Assembly: GCF_021028975.2 (NCBI RefSeq)
Contig: NC_059439.1
Span: 40,052,001 to 40,116,000, forward strand
Source: Sphaerodactylus townsendi
Taxonomy: Eukaryota
Direction of reading: 5' to 3'
DNA length: 64,000 bases
Shown: in pieces, positions 42,205 to 64,000 of the stretch
How the letters are laid out: each line of letters opens with the position of its first letter
Position numbering within the stretch: the stretch's first letter is position 1
Notes under the pieces: model-generated
The model's input: the letters and a program-made list of their open reading frames with translations, nothing else
Told to the model about the DNA's origin: nothing
Databases searched by the model: none
Position numbers and translations under genes: made by a program

Positions 42205-43697
42205 GTGGGCTGGGAAACTGAAGGGGTGAGGTGCGGCCTCCCCCTCCCCCCCCCCAAAAACCCTGGTCCCCAAGGGGCTCTCCACTAACGTGGATCTCAT
42301 CAGGAGCAGGCCGTGGGCTCCCATCTCCCCCCCCACACGTCCCCCCAAGTCTTCATTCATGGTCAAACACAGCCCCCCCTCCCCAGAATAGAGACACCCC
42401 TCCCCCCCGCCCCCACCAAGGCAAAGGAGACAGAAGAGCAAGCAGACATTTGGCTCTTTTATTAACAGAAGAGGCCCCGGCAGCCACCCCCGCGGAGGGC
42501 TGATCGGTGGGGCGGTTTCTGGCGGGGCTGAGAACAGAGGGGTATATACAAACGCAAGCAAAAACACACAAGAAACCCAATCACCCGGGGGGGGGGGGGG
42601 GCTCCTACCTCCTCCGCCGACTGCCCCAGAGTGAGACTCCAAACCCAGCTGGAGCAGGGGAGGGCAAGCAAGCCATGGTGCTGCCTCAGGTGGGGTGGCA
42701 GAGACCCCTGCCAAGGGGTCTCCCCCTGAACCTCCCCCCGCCCCCAGGCAAACCCCACTAACCTCCCTGATTGGGGGAGGTCATTAAAGTGCTTTGTTAG
42801 TCAATTACATAATCGCCATTACAAAATAAAGATGAAAGCAAAATATACATAGCTCCTCCCATGTGGGGGGGGGGGAGGGACGAGAGAATTCCTACCCACG
42901 GTGTCTGCCGGTCCACACACGCCATCCTGTGCCTCTTGGGGTGGCCGAGTGCCAGGGCAGTGGTGCCCCCGGAGCATGGCTGAGGAGAGGGCACCCCCGA
43001 GGAACCCCAGTGTGCAAGAGAAAAAGCGACTTGGGAGGGGGGTGTTTGGGGTACATGCCACGGGAGGGTGCAGGGGTGGGTGCCGTGTGCTCACGAAGTC
43101 GTGCTGCTGGCCAGGGAAGGCAGCGGGGGGAGGGGAGGGGGGCAGAAGTGGGGGAGAACAGGGAGCTGTGGGCGGCAGGGAGGAGGAGAGCATGTGCAGA
43201 GGGCACGGGAGACGGTGCCTGGGCTCTGGGAAGGCGGAGGAGCGGGTGAGGATTCCTCTGCAACTGGGCTTCTGTGGAGGTTTTGCCTCTAAACACCAAA
43301 GGCTCCCCCACTCCCCAGGCGGCAAAATGCTGCTTCAGCACTGGAGGTGGGGGGGGGGGCAGGGGGCTATTTGTCACCCACCCCCACCCCATCCCCTGAC
43401 GGTGTGTGCGCACGCACGGCATGCATGTGTGGCCGGGGGGGGGGGCACACACTTTTTCCTAAAACTTCCCTCCCCACAAACTCCCAACGTCTCCCCTTTT
43501 TGCCGGAGGTAGGAGGACCAGCCCCTCCCATAAAGGGCAGACCAGGGAAAGGGCTGCCAAGGCCTCGGTGTCAGGGCTATCTATGGTGGCTCAGCAGGGG
43601 CGGGGCGTCGGCCCCTCCTTCCTCTCCCTCTCTGCCTCCTGGCCTCTGCAGCACAGGAGATGGGGGTGGGCTGGGGGGACAGGAGGAGGCCCCTCCT

Positions 43698-44902
43698 TCA
43701 CCAGTTCATAATGCAGTTTCTGTTCAGCGTCATGAAGTAGACCTGGCTGCTGCCTCCGGAGCGCACCGAGGCGAAGAAGACCTGTGAGGGAGGCAGAGAG
43801 GGGGGGCTCCTGTTCACAGCAGTCCTGTTGCCTCCATCCCTCACACCCCACCCGGCAAGCCTATGCTCCTGCCCCCTTGCTTACACACACCCCGAGCCCC
43901 CCGCCCTGTGCTAAAAGGGGATTATCTGATTCAGAAGTGAAAGGAAACTCTCTGCACAGAAAGACCCCCACCCCCACAGAGGCTACTGTGCCCCCAGGCC
44001 GCCCCACGCGTGCCAGATGCACTTCTGATCCAAGCAGGGCTCAGCACCCATTGGCACTGCTGGCTGAAAGGGACTCCCCAGAGGTGCCCCCCCCCCCCAC
44101 TGCACCCCAGATCCTTCTGCTCTGGAAGGAGCAATCCCTACACAGCCTGCTCTGGGCGGCAGAGTCAAACCTCCAGCCTTTCCTGGGCACCCCCCCTCCC
44201 CGAGACCCAGCTGAACAGGCGGGGCAGGGGGAGGCACTTTTGCCCACCTTGTCGTTCCGCTCACACAAGAACTTCAGGCGCTGGGCCCGTTTGTGCATGA
44301 AGACCCCGTCCAGGTGGCCCGTCTCCACGGAGCGGATTTCAATGGCTTTCTCCCCCCAACCCATGATTTGATTGGAGCAGATGTAAGCTGGAGGGGGGGG
44401 GGGGGAAAGCAGCAGAGGTGAGGCTGGAGCCCCGGCCCCTGGCCCCCCTCCCCCCAGGTCCTCCACACCCCCTCAGCTCACCAACAGAGGTGGGCATCTC
44501 CCCCCATTGCAGCACCACGTCCTTGATGATGCGACCGTAGGTGTTGACGTAGACGCCTTCGTCCTCGTAGCAGAGCAGCATTTCCATCCCTTCAGTGTTG
44601 GGCAGGAAGATGATGGCATGGGGGGAGATTTGGGACTGGATCTATGGGGGGGAGAAGATGAGGATTTGACCAGTCCCTGCTTGTCTGTGCCCTCCTGACT
44701 GACCAAGGGGGGCCCACCCCTGCCCCCAGGTGTGGGCCTAGTCCCCACTCACATGCACTGGGATGTAGATGTCGTAGGTGTTGCCGGAGTCCACATCTAT
44801 GGCATGGAAACCGGCACAGGACCCGTAGATCACTTTGAGCCGCTGGCCCTCCTCCACAGTCAGTTCCACCAGCAGCGGCCGGTGAGGCAGGTCGGCAAAA
44901 GA
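43698..44902 (-). CDS. MINK1: MINK1 last four coding exons, copy 2
   Basis: Exons 44753-44902, 44482-44641, 44248-44387 and 43698-43781, matching copy 1. Confidence 0.9.
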
Positions 44903-47900
44903 CTGAAACGAAGCACCGTTCTCTGGTTGGTCGAAAATATTTCTATCGCATAGGCCCACCTTTCTCCCCGGCATCTCAGGACCCAGGTGTGGGACAACAC
45001 AGAGAGTTCCACAGGGTAGCCGGGTTGCTCTGCAGTACAACAGCCGGATATAAGAGTGGCCACGCTTCAGACACCAACAAGATTTTCAGGGTATCCGGGG
45101 GGCTTCGTCTGACCTCGCTTTGTAACACAAAGACAGCTTTAACTCTCGAAAATGTACACCCCCAAAATCTTGCTGGCCTCTAAGGTGCTTGCTCGCTCAT
45201 TCATTCATTCATTCATTCATTCATTCATTCATTCATTCATTCATTCATTCATTCATTCATNNNNNNNNNNNNNNNNNNNNNNNNNNNNNNNNNNNNNNNN
45301 NNNNNNNNNNNNNNNNNNNNNNNNNNNNNNNNNNNNNNNNNNNNNNNNNNNNNNNNNNNNGTCAAGGGGGCGAGGGGCTCACGGTAACTTCTGTTGCCGC
45401 CAAGGGCTGGCAGGGGTTTGAGGGGCAGGACGGTCTGCACCGCCTTTTTGCCCACTTCTGCACTCTCTACAGCTACTGAAACCATTTGTGTGGGTTCTCG
45501 TACAGCCCACACAGCCCTGCCCCTGCCCCGCTCGCAAAGTTCCGCTCCTCACACTGCAATGGGTTTGGGCCGATCCTGCTTCACTTTCCTTTTGAACCTT
45601 CACGTGTTCTTGGCCTCACTGGAGCCAGACTTCGATCCGAATCAGGGGTCAGCGCAAAGAGGAGTCCGCTCAGTGCCACCATCCAGCGAGACAGCAGAGG
45701 GTCCAGAAGAGAGCTCTGGCCCCTCGCTTAGCGCCACCAGCATTACCTCCCCCTGCCAAAGAGGACAGAAACCCGGTGGGCTAGCATCTCACAGCTCTCT
45801 TGACCTTGCCACCCAGACTGCTCTGGTTCCTTTTACTGTCTTGTTTTGCAAAATCGTGATCCTGCTTTAATCTTGCTAGGTCCCTAGAGAAGAGGTGAGG
45901 GTCTTGCTGCTTGGTTTTACAGTGGAGCTGTGAAAAGTTGTTGGTAACTTTGTTGAGATCACCGGTTGCTGAGGCGTGGAGCTCAGTAGCCAAGGAGGCC
46001 AGATCCATGGACTCCGTTAAATACAAATACATTTTAGCCTCTTTAGCTTCTGAAATCCCGGCCGGAGTTGCGCCCCTTTCTCCGAGGGCACTGTGGTGAC
46101 GCTGGCCCCGCCAGTCGATGTCTCCACCAGCAACCCTGCTGTTTCCGTGGAGCTGAGAATGTCTGATCTTGCAGCCAAGAGGGATTTTCACCGGGCTGTT
46201 CTCCCACTACGACTGTTCTTTTTATAAACCCACCCTTTTATTTTTTTGAGTCTTCTGTAGTTCACTGAAACCAAATGGCAGCTGTAAGAAAATCCAGAAG
46301 GCTGCAATTAAAGTGGATCACTGTCCTTCTCTGCCCTTTGTCTTTCCAAAGGCGGACTATGAGCAGTGCCCAGCGTGCTCGGTGGCGTGCTGGAGAATAC
46401 AGATTTCTCCCTGTGGGGATAGCAGAATGTGTATTTGAAGTTTTTGCATGATCCTGACCCCCTTGTTCCTACTTGTAAGTCCTTCAGCCCCAGGAAGCCG
46501 GCCCGGTCGCTGCGACAGCATCTCAGGGGTTTAATCGTATTCCTGCAAAACTTTTTAGAACCATCTTGATCTGATGCAAGAAAGGCTTTGAGACAATCAA
46601 ACTGGGTGCTGGAGTTGATGTTCTTTCTCCAGCCACAGGGTGGCCTCCCACCAGGAGCTCTTCCGCCTACTTTGCCCCAGTTTACGGGAACCGTTCTCTG
46701 AGCGCTCCCCTTGGGAGCACACCCCAGCTGCATGTCCTCTGAGTAGCCAAAAAAATTGCTTCACAAAGACACAGCGCACCCTTTCATTAAAATTCAGGGA
46801 ACCACGATAGGCCAATACATTCTGAAGGCCAGGGACTAGATCCACTAACTTCAGTCTGCTGGATGGTGCCCTATCCCCTCACTCCACAGTCTAGCGGCCT
46901 AAAGGGCTTTCCACGTCACAAATGATTCTGCACCTATGGGACAGGCAGTCCCTGTTGGTTTGTAAGCAGGGAGAGCTCCTCTAGCAGGCACCTGATGAGC
47001 AATCCTGCTCCATGTCGCCCTCGCGAAGTGCTCATCAAAAATTCTGGGCAGCAGTGTTTTGTGGCTGAAAAAACAGGGCGCTGTGTTCTTATGGATCACC
47101 GCACCGTTTCTCTTGTACCATCCCACCGCGGGAGTAAAAGGCCATCACCAAATCCACCCCCTTGCAGGCAGACTGAATTTAGACCATTAATAGTGGTGCA
47201 GACACGAGGCTCTTGGGAGCGATCTGAAGCCAGCAGCAGCGAATCACGAGCAAAATGGTATGTGTAGCAGCAGTGAGTGCAGATAGCTGCAGCGTGCATT
47301 TGCCCCCTCCCCAATCCGCTGAACCCAAATGCTCAACAGTTTAGGCTGGGTGCGTTCTGCTTTACGTCTCCACACGCTACGCCTTTAAGCCCACCTGAAG
47401 CGCACCTGTTCAAAAAGCCTTCGTTTGCCGCTTCCCCATTGCTTTTTTTGTTCCGAAAGCTTAGAAAGCGGCTTAAAATGTCACAGCCTGGCCTAATAGC
47501 ACCCTGACGCACAGATGACTTGCTTCCCCGCTGGGTGCTAGAAGGAGAAGTGAATGTTCTGGTGTTGTTATGTTTTTTTTAAAATGCCTTGAATCTTGTA
47601 GGAAAAGGATCACAGAAGCCCTACCTGATAAGCTGCTTTGTATACTTTTATTTTTATATATAGTTATGTGAAATGCATTTAATCCAAAGCAAGTTGAACC
47701 GAGGGATGATAATAAATGCGTTCTGAAGAATTTAAACGGTGGCTTGTGGTTATGTGGCCGAGGCTGCCGGCTGCCATGCTTGCTCGCTGGGCAGCAGGAC
47801 TTCATAAACTACATTCTGCTTTTTCAGAGCTCCCCAAGGTGCCTCCAGCTCCTCCTGGGCGAATGCTAATGGTCCAAGAGCCAGCACCTCCTGGCACTTC

Positions 47901-48394
47901 AAGGAAGCTACAGAATCTCTAGAGAACCCCTCCAATGCAAAGGCACAGGGAAAAAACCGGGCATTACCGCTTTAAGCTTATGTAAAGTGGAACTTTGTCT
48001 GTTGTTGGCTATTGTGGGCCAATTACGCCGCGAGTCTCTCTGCCTTCGTGGCGGGGGCGAGTATCCCACCGCAACAAGGTTTCTTCTACGGAGCCTGTCC
48101 CTGGAATGCGGCTTTCACTCTTCGTTCTTTCTGCAGCAAACCCATTACACTTTTAGCATGGCGTGTCATTCCCTTCACCGCCAGAGAGTACAGCTTTACC
48201 TCAAGAGATCTTTCCTCTGCCCACAGCCTTCCCCTCTCCTTGGCTCTGTGATCCCCATAGGTCCCGACCCCCTCTTCCGCGTTGCCGACTCTTTCCAAGT
48301 TAAAGAAAAGAAGTTAAGCTCTTGAGGCTTAGCCAAAACACACCACGCGACTCTGCATTTGCATGTGCGACGAATCGATAGAACAGAGAGTAGG

Positions 48395-48476
48395 GTGTTG
48401 TGTGTTTTCCGGGTTGTATTCCCGGTAGCGTCTCCTGGCGTTTTGCCTGCATCTGTGGCTGGCATCTTCAGAGGAT
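48395..48476 (-). mobile_element. Penelope-like terminal repeat fragment
   Basis: Reverse complement reads cctctgaagatgccagccacagatgcaggcaaaacgccagg. Confidence 0.65.
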
Positions 48477-49299
48477 ACAGAGAGTGCTTGGGAAATAACA
48501 AGCCTCCTCTCTGTCCTCCAAACTTACCAGCAACAGAAGGGTGGGGGAAAGAGAGAGATATCCCACTATAGCGGGGCTCTAGCACAAGCGTCCCCTTCTT
48601 TGGCAGTGTGTGGTCCAGGGAATTGCTCTGTTCTTTTCATTACCGAGGGGGGGGGGCGGATTTTGCTCCTAATATTTCACCTGTTTTGGAAAGGCAAAAT
48701 TGGCTGCTGATGTGCCTCTAATTGGAAGGAGGGGGTGTTTAGAAGGTGTATGTATTCCTGAAAACACCCACACACACACACTGATGACTTTGTGGCAAGG
48801 CCTTCAATCTCTGGCCCGCTTTCATGCGGGCCAAAATCAACTATTTTGATCCGGTAAAGTTCCGTTTTGGAAAGGAGCCTTCGCACAGGCGCTGCTGTCA
48901 AATCGATGCAGTGGCGCTCTCTCCCCCCCTCCCAAAAGAGCGCCGGTGTTTTCAAACCTGGCTCTGGGAGTGGGGTTTTTTTGCAAATGTTGGCTTCCAT
49001 TTGGTGCTGGCAGGCAGAAATGGCACTGGGTGGAAGTTAGCGGCGGTTTCCCCCCCCCCCCCACTGGCCGTGGCCGTCGCTTATCTCACCAGTCATCTGC
49101 CGTCGCATTGTGAAGCCCAGGGGACACACCTCCTGGCCTCTGACTCCAGTGTCCCCTGGCCTCCAGCGATGGCAGATGACGGGAAAATAGCGCGTTGTGA
49201 AGCGGCATAACCTATTAAGGCTGCGCCCCAGGCCGATGCACGCGGTAGGACTGGTCCATGTAAACGATCCCGCGGGGGTGCATCGACATAGTATATCGC

Positions 49300-49451
49300 C
49301 AGTGGTGGCAAACTTCTTTGGCACTCCAGATGTTATGGACTACAAATCCCATCAGCCCCTGCGCGCATGGCCGTGAATTGGCCCAGCTAAGCAGGGGCTG
49401 ATGGGAACTGTAGTCCATAATATCTGGAATGCCAAAGGTTCGCCACCACTC
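49300..49451. mobile_element. Full-length ~150-bp palindromic MITE
   Basis: TIR cagtggtggcaaac / gttcgccaccact. The whole element folds back on itself. Confidence 0.8.
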
Positions 49452-50303
49452 GCAAGTTCTATGTCGATACACCCCAGTTAACTAACCCGTCGCGGAAAAA
49501 GGCCTCTATGTAAGGACACTCAAGTTAAAACCCACCTGTTGGGTTAAGAAGCTCTTATCACAGCCACCATATTATTTTGGCTGCTTCTGGGAAGACCTGC
49601 TTTCTTAGCACTGAGAGCCAACATACTTATCACCTGAGAAAGAGCCCGGAGAGGCCAATCAGCAGGACTGAGTTCCTTGCTGAGATAGATCTGCCTGCTC
49701 ACCCTCCCTGAAGCCCTGGACATTTACTCAGCCTGGCTCCTTCAGCCCAGAAGACTCTGCTGTGACCTGGTCTCCTGGCACGTGGCTGCAGCTCAGAGAA
49801 TTAAACTGCTGCCCCTACGAAGGTTCAAGGTGGAGCCCAACCGTGATTAGAAAGCGGCTGCCTCATGGGATTGTCTTCCGGGCTTTTGCTGGCGCCTTCT
49901 TCTCGCTTCCAAGCTCAGTTACAGACTGAATCCTACGGTGAATGCTTATTTTACAGGCCCTGCCCTCGGCAACATTCATGGAGTTCCCTTTCCATGAAGT
50001 GACATCTATTTTTCAGAGGCTGGATCCTCAAGGGCAAGCAAAAGCCAGAAACCCAGGAAACGCAGAGAGATTCTGTCTGCATCATTGCCTGTTATAGAAC
50101 ACACCCTCCCCCCAACTGGTTCGTGGCGTGGTCGTCTCACCCTGCCAGGGGCTCCATCTCCTGCCTGCCTGGACGTGCAGCTACCGTGCTGAGGAGAGTA
50201 CAGGAGTTGAGCAGGCGGAGGGTCCACCACACCTGAGCGTGTGCCTTGCAGGGGAAGACACCTGCTGCTCATCATCCATGAGCAAGTCACCTGTTTGCTA
50301 ATA

Positions 50304-50765
50304 AGAACATAAGAACAAAGCCAGCTGGATCAGACCAGAGTCCATCTAGTCCAGCTCTGCTGCTTTCGCGGTGGCCCACCAGGTGCCTTTGGGAGCTCAC
50401 AGGCAGGATGGGAAAGCAATGGCCTTCTGCTGCTGCTGCTGCTCTCCGAGCACCTGGTCTGCTCAGGCAGCATTTGCAATCTCAGATCAAAGAAGAGGAT
50501 CAAGATTGGTAGCCATAAATTGGCGTCTCCTCCATAAAATCTGTCCAAGCCCCTTTTAAAGCTATCCAGGTGAGTGGCCATCACCACCACCTCCTGTAGC
50601 TGGCAGCATATTCCAAACACCAATCACACGTTGCGTGAAGAAGTGTTTCCTTTTATTAGTCTTAATTCTTCCCCCCAGCATTTTCAATGGATGCCCCCTG
50701 GTTCTAGTATTGGCAGAAAGAGAGAAAAAATTCTCGCTCTGTCAACATTTTCTACCCCATGCATA
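50304..50765 (-). mobile_element. CR1 LINE 3' fragment
   Basis: Tail agaacataagaac, and a body that is reverse-complementary to 58960-59530. Confidence 0.75.
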
Positions 50766-51367
50766 ATTAGCATGGTTCCATGATCACCGACCCGTGGCCA
50801 CTGCCTCTCTCCCAGGGACGGCCACAGCCGTGAGCATAAAGTTAAAAATCCCGCTGCATTTTAAACACAGGGCTGGCTTGTCCTAGCGGCACTCGGGCTA
50901 CAGGTAAAATCATGGAGTGAGCCCTTGGGCAGAGTCAGTCCAGTGGGGAAAGCCACCCTTGAACGCTGAGACAGGTGAGCACGGGAGGAAGCTGCATGAG
51001 CAGACAAGAGGATTGTGCACCTGGCGGGCTGCAAAGCCATCACACTGAATGAACTTCGGTATTTCGCGCTGGGAGGCATCCCGATCACGCCCCCTTTCCT
51101 CACGACAGGAGGGGGAACTGCTGCACGAAAGGGAGTCTTTATTGCTATATGGTTATGGCAGCTGGAGTCTGGTTTCCCCACCAGAGTTCCCGTTCAAGGT
51201 CAGCCCCACTCCCGGGGAGGAGAGTCTCACACAGGGAGGAAACGGCAGAGGTCAAGTCAGGGAAGAGCAGCTGTTATGTTAATTAAGTGCTTCTCGGTGT
51301 GTTTCCAGGCAAGGGATGCTCAGAGGCCCGGTTTAATGCAGCTGGCTGCCCTGGAACAACAACCCAA

Positions 51368-51684
51368 AAGAAGAAGAAGAAGAAGAGGAGTTTGGATTTA
51401 TATCCCCCCTTTCTGCTCTCCTGCAGGGAGACTCAAGGGGGCTGACAACCTCCTTGCCCTTTACCTCACAACAAACACCCTGTGAGGTAGGTGGGGCTGA
51501 GAGAGCTCCAGAGAAGCTGTGACTGGCTCAAGAGTCCTGCCCAGCTGGCAGTCTGTGGGAGTGCACAGGCTAGTCTAGATTCCCCAGAATAGCCTCCACA
51601 GCTCAAGCAGGCAGAGCCGGGAATCAAACCCGGTTCCTCCAGATTAGATACACGAGTTCTTAACCTCCTAAGCCACTGCTGCTC
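51368..51684 (-). mobile_element. tRNA-derived SINE (Squam3-like)
   Basis: (AAG)n tail at left; ggaatcaaacccggttcctccagattag (B-box region) at right. Confidence 0.75.
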
Positions 51685-52499
51685 TTCCTTGGGACCCTGC
51701 CATCCAAATGCAGACCCTTCTTAGCTTCCCACAAGAAGTGGAACTTGGCACTTAGAAAGCAGGGAGGGGCAAACAGGGGGGGTGGGCGGGGGGCTCCCCT
51801 GAGCTCGATGGCAACCAACTGGCTTCCAGCCCTGACTTCCAGGGCCAGTGTCCCGGTCTAACATGGAGGCCCCAGCACAGCTAGGGAGACTTCCCAGAAG
51901 CAAAGCTGCCGTCAGTGGGGCTCCCACAGGGTTTTGACCCGAGGCACGCTGGCAGCAAGGGAGATGATAGGCCCTCGGCTGGCTTCTCCTTGGAAGGGCT
52001 TTCAGGCAGCTCACGGTTAGGGCTCTCCAGTTTCTCTCCACCTGGAAGCCCTCTGAAGGCAGCCCGGGGCAATCGCGACAGCTTAACACCACCCCCGGGC
52101 TCCTGTGGCAGCTGGATCGGGCCCTCTCTGCAACAGGAGCGTCCTGCTGTCTTCCAAGGGGCTCGGGGCAGCAGGGACAGGGAGCCATGGGAATTAGGAA
52201 ACCAGGTGTCCAATGGAGGAACCGGAGTCACTCTGTCCCTTCCAGCAGCTTCTCGGAGCAGTTCCCAGGAGAATGCATTTAGCCCTTTCAGGGGCTTTCC
52301 TCTAGGAGCTCAGCACTTTGAAGCCGAGTCTACGAGAAGCCAAGAGCCAAAAAGCCTTTGAGGAGCTGAGCCTGTAATTCCTAGCTGAGGGCCCCCACCC
52401 CCTGTTGCTGGGGACCGGTCGTACTGCAGTTGCACATTACTTCCCCACCGGCTGCAGGGAGATAAACCTCCAAGAGCAACGGAGAGCAGGAGGCAGCAC

Positions 52500-62680
<10,181 letters not shown>

Positions 62681-62726
62681 CTGCAGGGAAGGACTCATCA
62701 CTGCCAGCTCGCGGCTGCAAGAATCT

Positions 62727-62880
62727 AGACCCGTGGTGGTGAACCTTTGGCACTCCAGATGTTATGGACTACAATTCCCATCAGCCCTGCCAGCATGGCC
62801 AATTGGCCAGCATGCTGGCGAGAGCTGATGGGAAGTCGTAGTCCATAACATCCCTGGAGGTCTCAAGAACACCACTGAGC
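62727..62880. mobile_element. Palindromic MITE, same family as 49300-49451
   Basis: gtggtggtgaacctttggcactccagatgttatggactacaattcccatcagccc...gctgatgggaagtcgtagtccataacatc. Confidence 0.7.
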
Positions 62881-63064
62881 TCTGGAATCTCAAAAGATTT
62901 CTACATCTCTTAGTATATGAGAGGAAAAAAACCCAGGCAATCCCAGGTGTGCACACAGAACGAGGCTCCTGAACTTCAAACATGACGCTGTCCAAAAAGG
63001 GACCTGAACATCTTCTTGCCTTGGCAACTGCCCCATGTGCCACAGGGGAGCATGCAAAGACTTT

Positions 63065-64000
63065 GCATGGGGTAGAAAATGTCGACAGAGATAAATTTTT
63101 CTCTCTTTCTCCAGCCAATACTACTAGAACCAGGGGCATCCATTGAAAATGCTGGGGGAAGAAGAATTAGGACTAATAAAAGGAAACACTTACAGCTTCC
63201 ATAGCGTGTGATTGGTGTTTGGAATATGCCACCACAGGAGGTGGTGATCCCTCCTTGATCTGCTGGGATTGCAAATGCCTTAACAGTCCAGGTGCTTTCG
63301 GGAGCAGCCAGCAGCAGCAGAAGGCCATTGCTTTCACCTCCTGCATGTGAGCTCAAAGAAGGCACCTGTTGGGCCACTGCGTAGTAGCAGAGTGCTGGAC
63401 TAGAATGGACTCTGGTCTGATCCAGTAGGCTAGTTCTTATGTTCTTACAGCTACCAATCTTGATCCTCCTTGATCTGGGATTGCAAATGACCAGGTGCTC
63501 AAGAACGGCAACAGCTGGGCAGCTGCGTAGAAATCTTTTCAGTTAGTCTCTGGAACTGATAGGAGGAGTAGGTGAGTGGAGCTAAAAATGGCAAATACAG
63601 TTCAATGTAGCAAATGTAGAAGTGATGCACGATAGGAGACAAAAATCCAAACTTCACATACACGCTTTACAGGAGGGTCAGTGCTATCGATCACAAATGA
63701 CCAAGGAAAAGATTTAAATCTGGCCTTAAATGGATTCCATAGGAATGTCAAACTCAATACATGGCAGCTATGAAAAAAAGGCAAATATGCTGGGGGGATA
63801 ATTAGAAGCGGTTGATAATAAGAGCTGCGGGATTGTCATGCCCTTATATAAAGCGAAAGTAAAAGGTCGACACGCGCCAGGTACTGTGTTCAGTTCTGGT
63901 ATACATCTCAAAAAAAAAAGCGATGCTCGAAAGAGACAAAAAGAAGTGCAGAGAAAGGGAGACGCTTGAGGATGATTGGAAGGATTGGAGCACCTTCCTT
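63065..64000 (+). mobile_element. CR1 LINE fragments (63065-63448 and ~63570-64000)
   Basis: Homologous to 58700-59531, with ttcaatgtagcaaatgt..gtgatgcac and gtactgtgttcagttctgg CR1 motifs. Confidence 0.7.

Larger units (their letters stand above)
22963..45260 (+). repeat. ~22.3-kb tandem duplicate of the left block (position 1 = 23782); probable uncollapsed haplotype
   Basis: Colinear near-identity throughout, with an offset of ~23780 before the MITE indel and ~22400 after it. Bounded by 100-N gaps at 22863-22962 and 45261-45360. Confidence 0.95.

Noticed and set aside
47580-48110. Short peptide resemblances to TASOR (YISL, CSL/YEV, LRRR) on the minus strand
   Set aside because: They require assumed frameshifts and the motif spacing does not match the recalled protein. 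Likely over-fitting, so no name assigned.

Overview
Vertebrate genomic DNA from a squamate reptile, probably a gecko (inferred from the SINE, Penelope and hAT repeat content). Two near-identical ~22.3-kb blocks lie in tandem: 1-22862, which runs off the left edge, and 22963-45260. Each carries CHRNE (nicotinic ACh receptor epsilon, minus strand), a single-coding-exon GP1BA (platelet/thrombocyte GPIb-alpha, plus strand) and the last four exons of MINK1 (minus strand). Both blocks end at the same (TTCA)n next to a 100-N gap and differ at allelic level, plus one 1426-bp hAT insertion present only in copy 1. They are most likely two haplotypes assembled in tandem, although a real duplication is not excluded. 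After the second gap, an indel-rich (poorly polished-looking) contig carries nine C-terminal exons of a divergent MAP3K14/NIK-like kinase (minus strand) among CR1, SINE and LINE remnants. The most interesting observations are: (1) a polymorphic hAT MITE carrying a nested Penelope palindrome with hammerhead-ribozyme-like cores and CTCF-like motifs; (2) a GPIb-alpha lacking the sulfotyrosine thrombin-binding segment; (3) a decayed partial GP1BA duplicate between CHRNE and GP1BA; (4) probably overlapping GP1BA/MINK1 3' UTRs; (5) a possible second NIK paralogue. I did not find a clearly new biological system. All comparisons to known proteins are from memory, not database searches.
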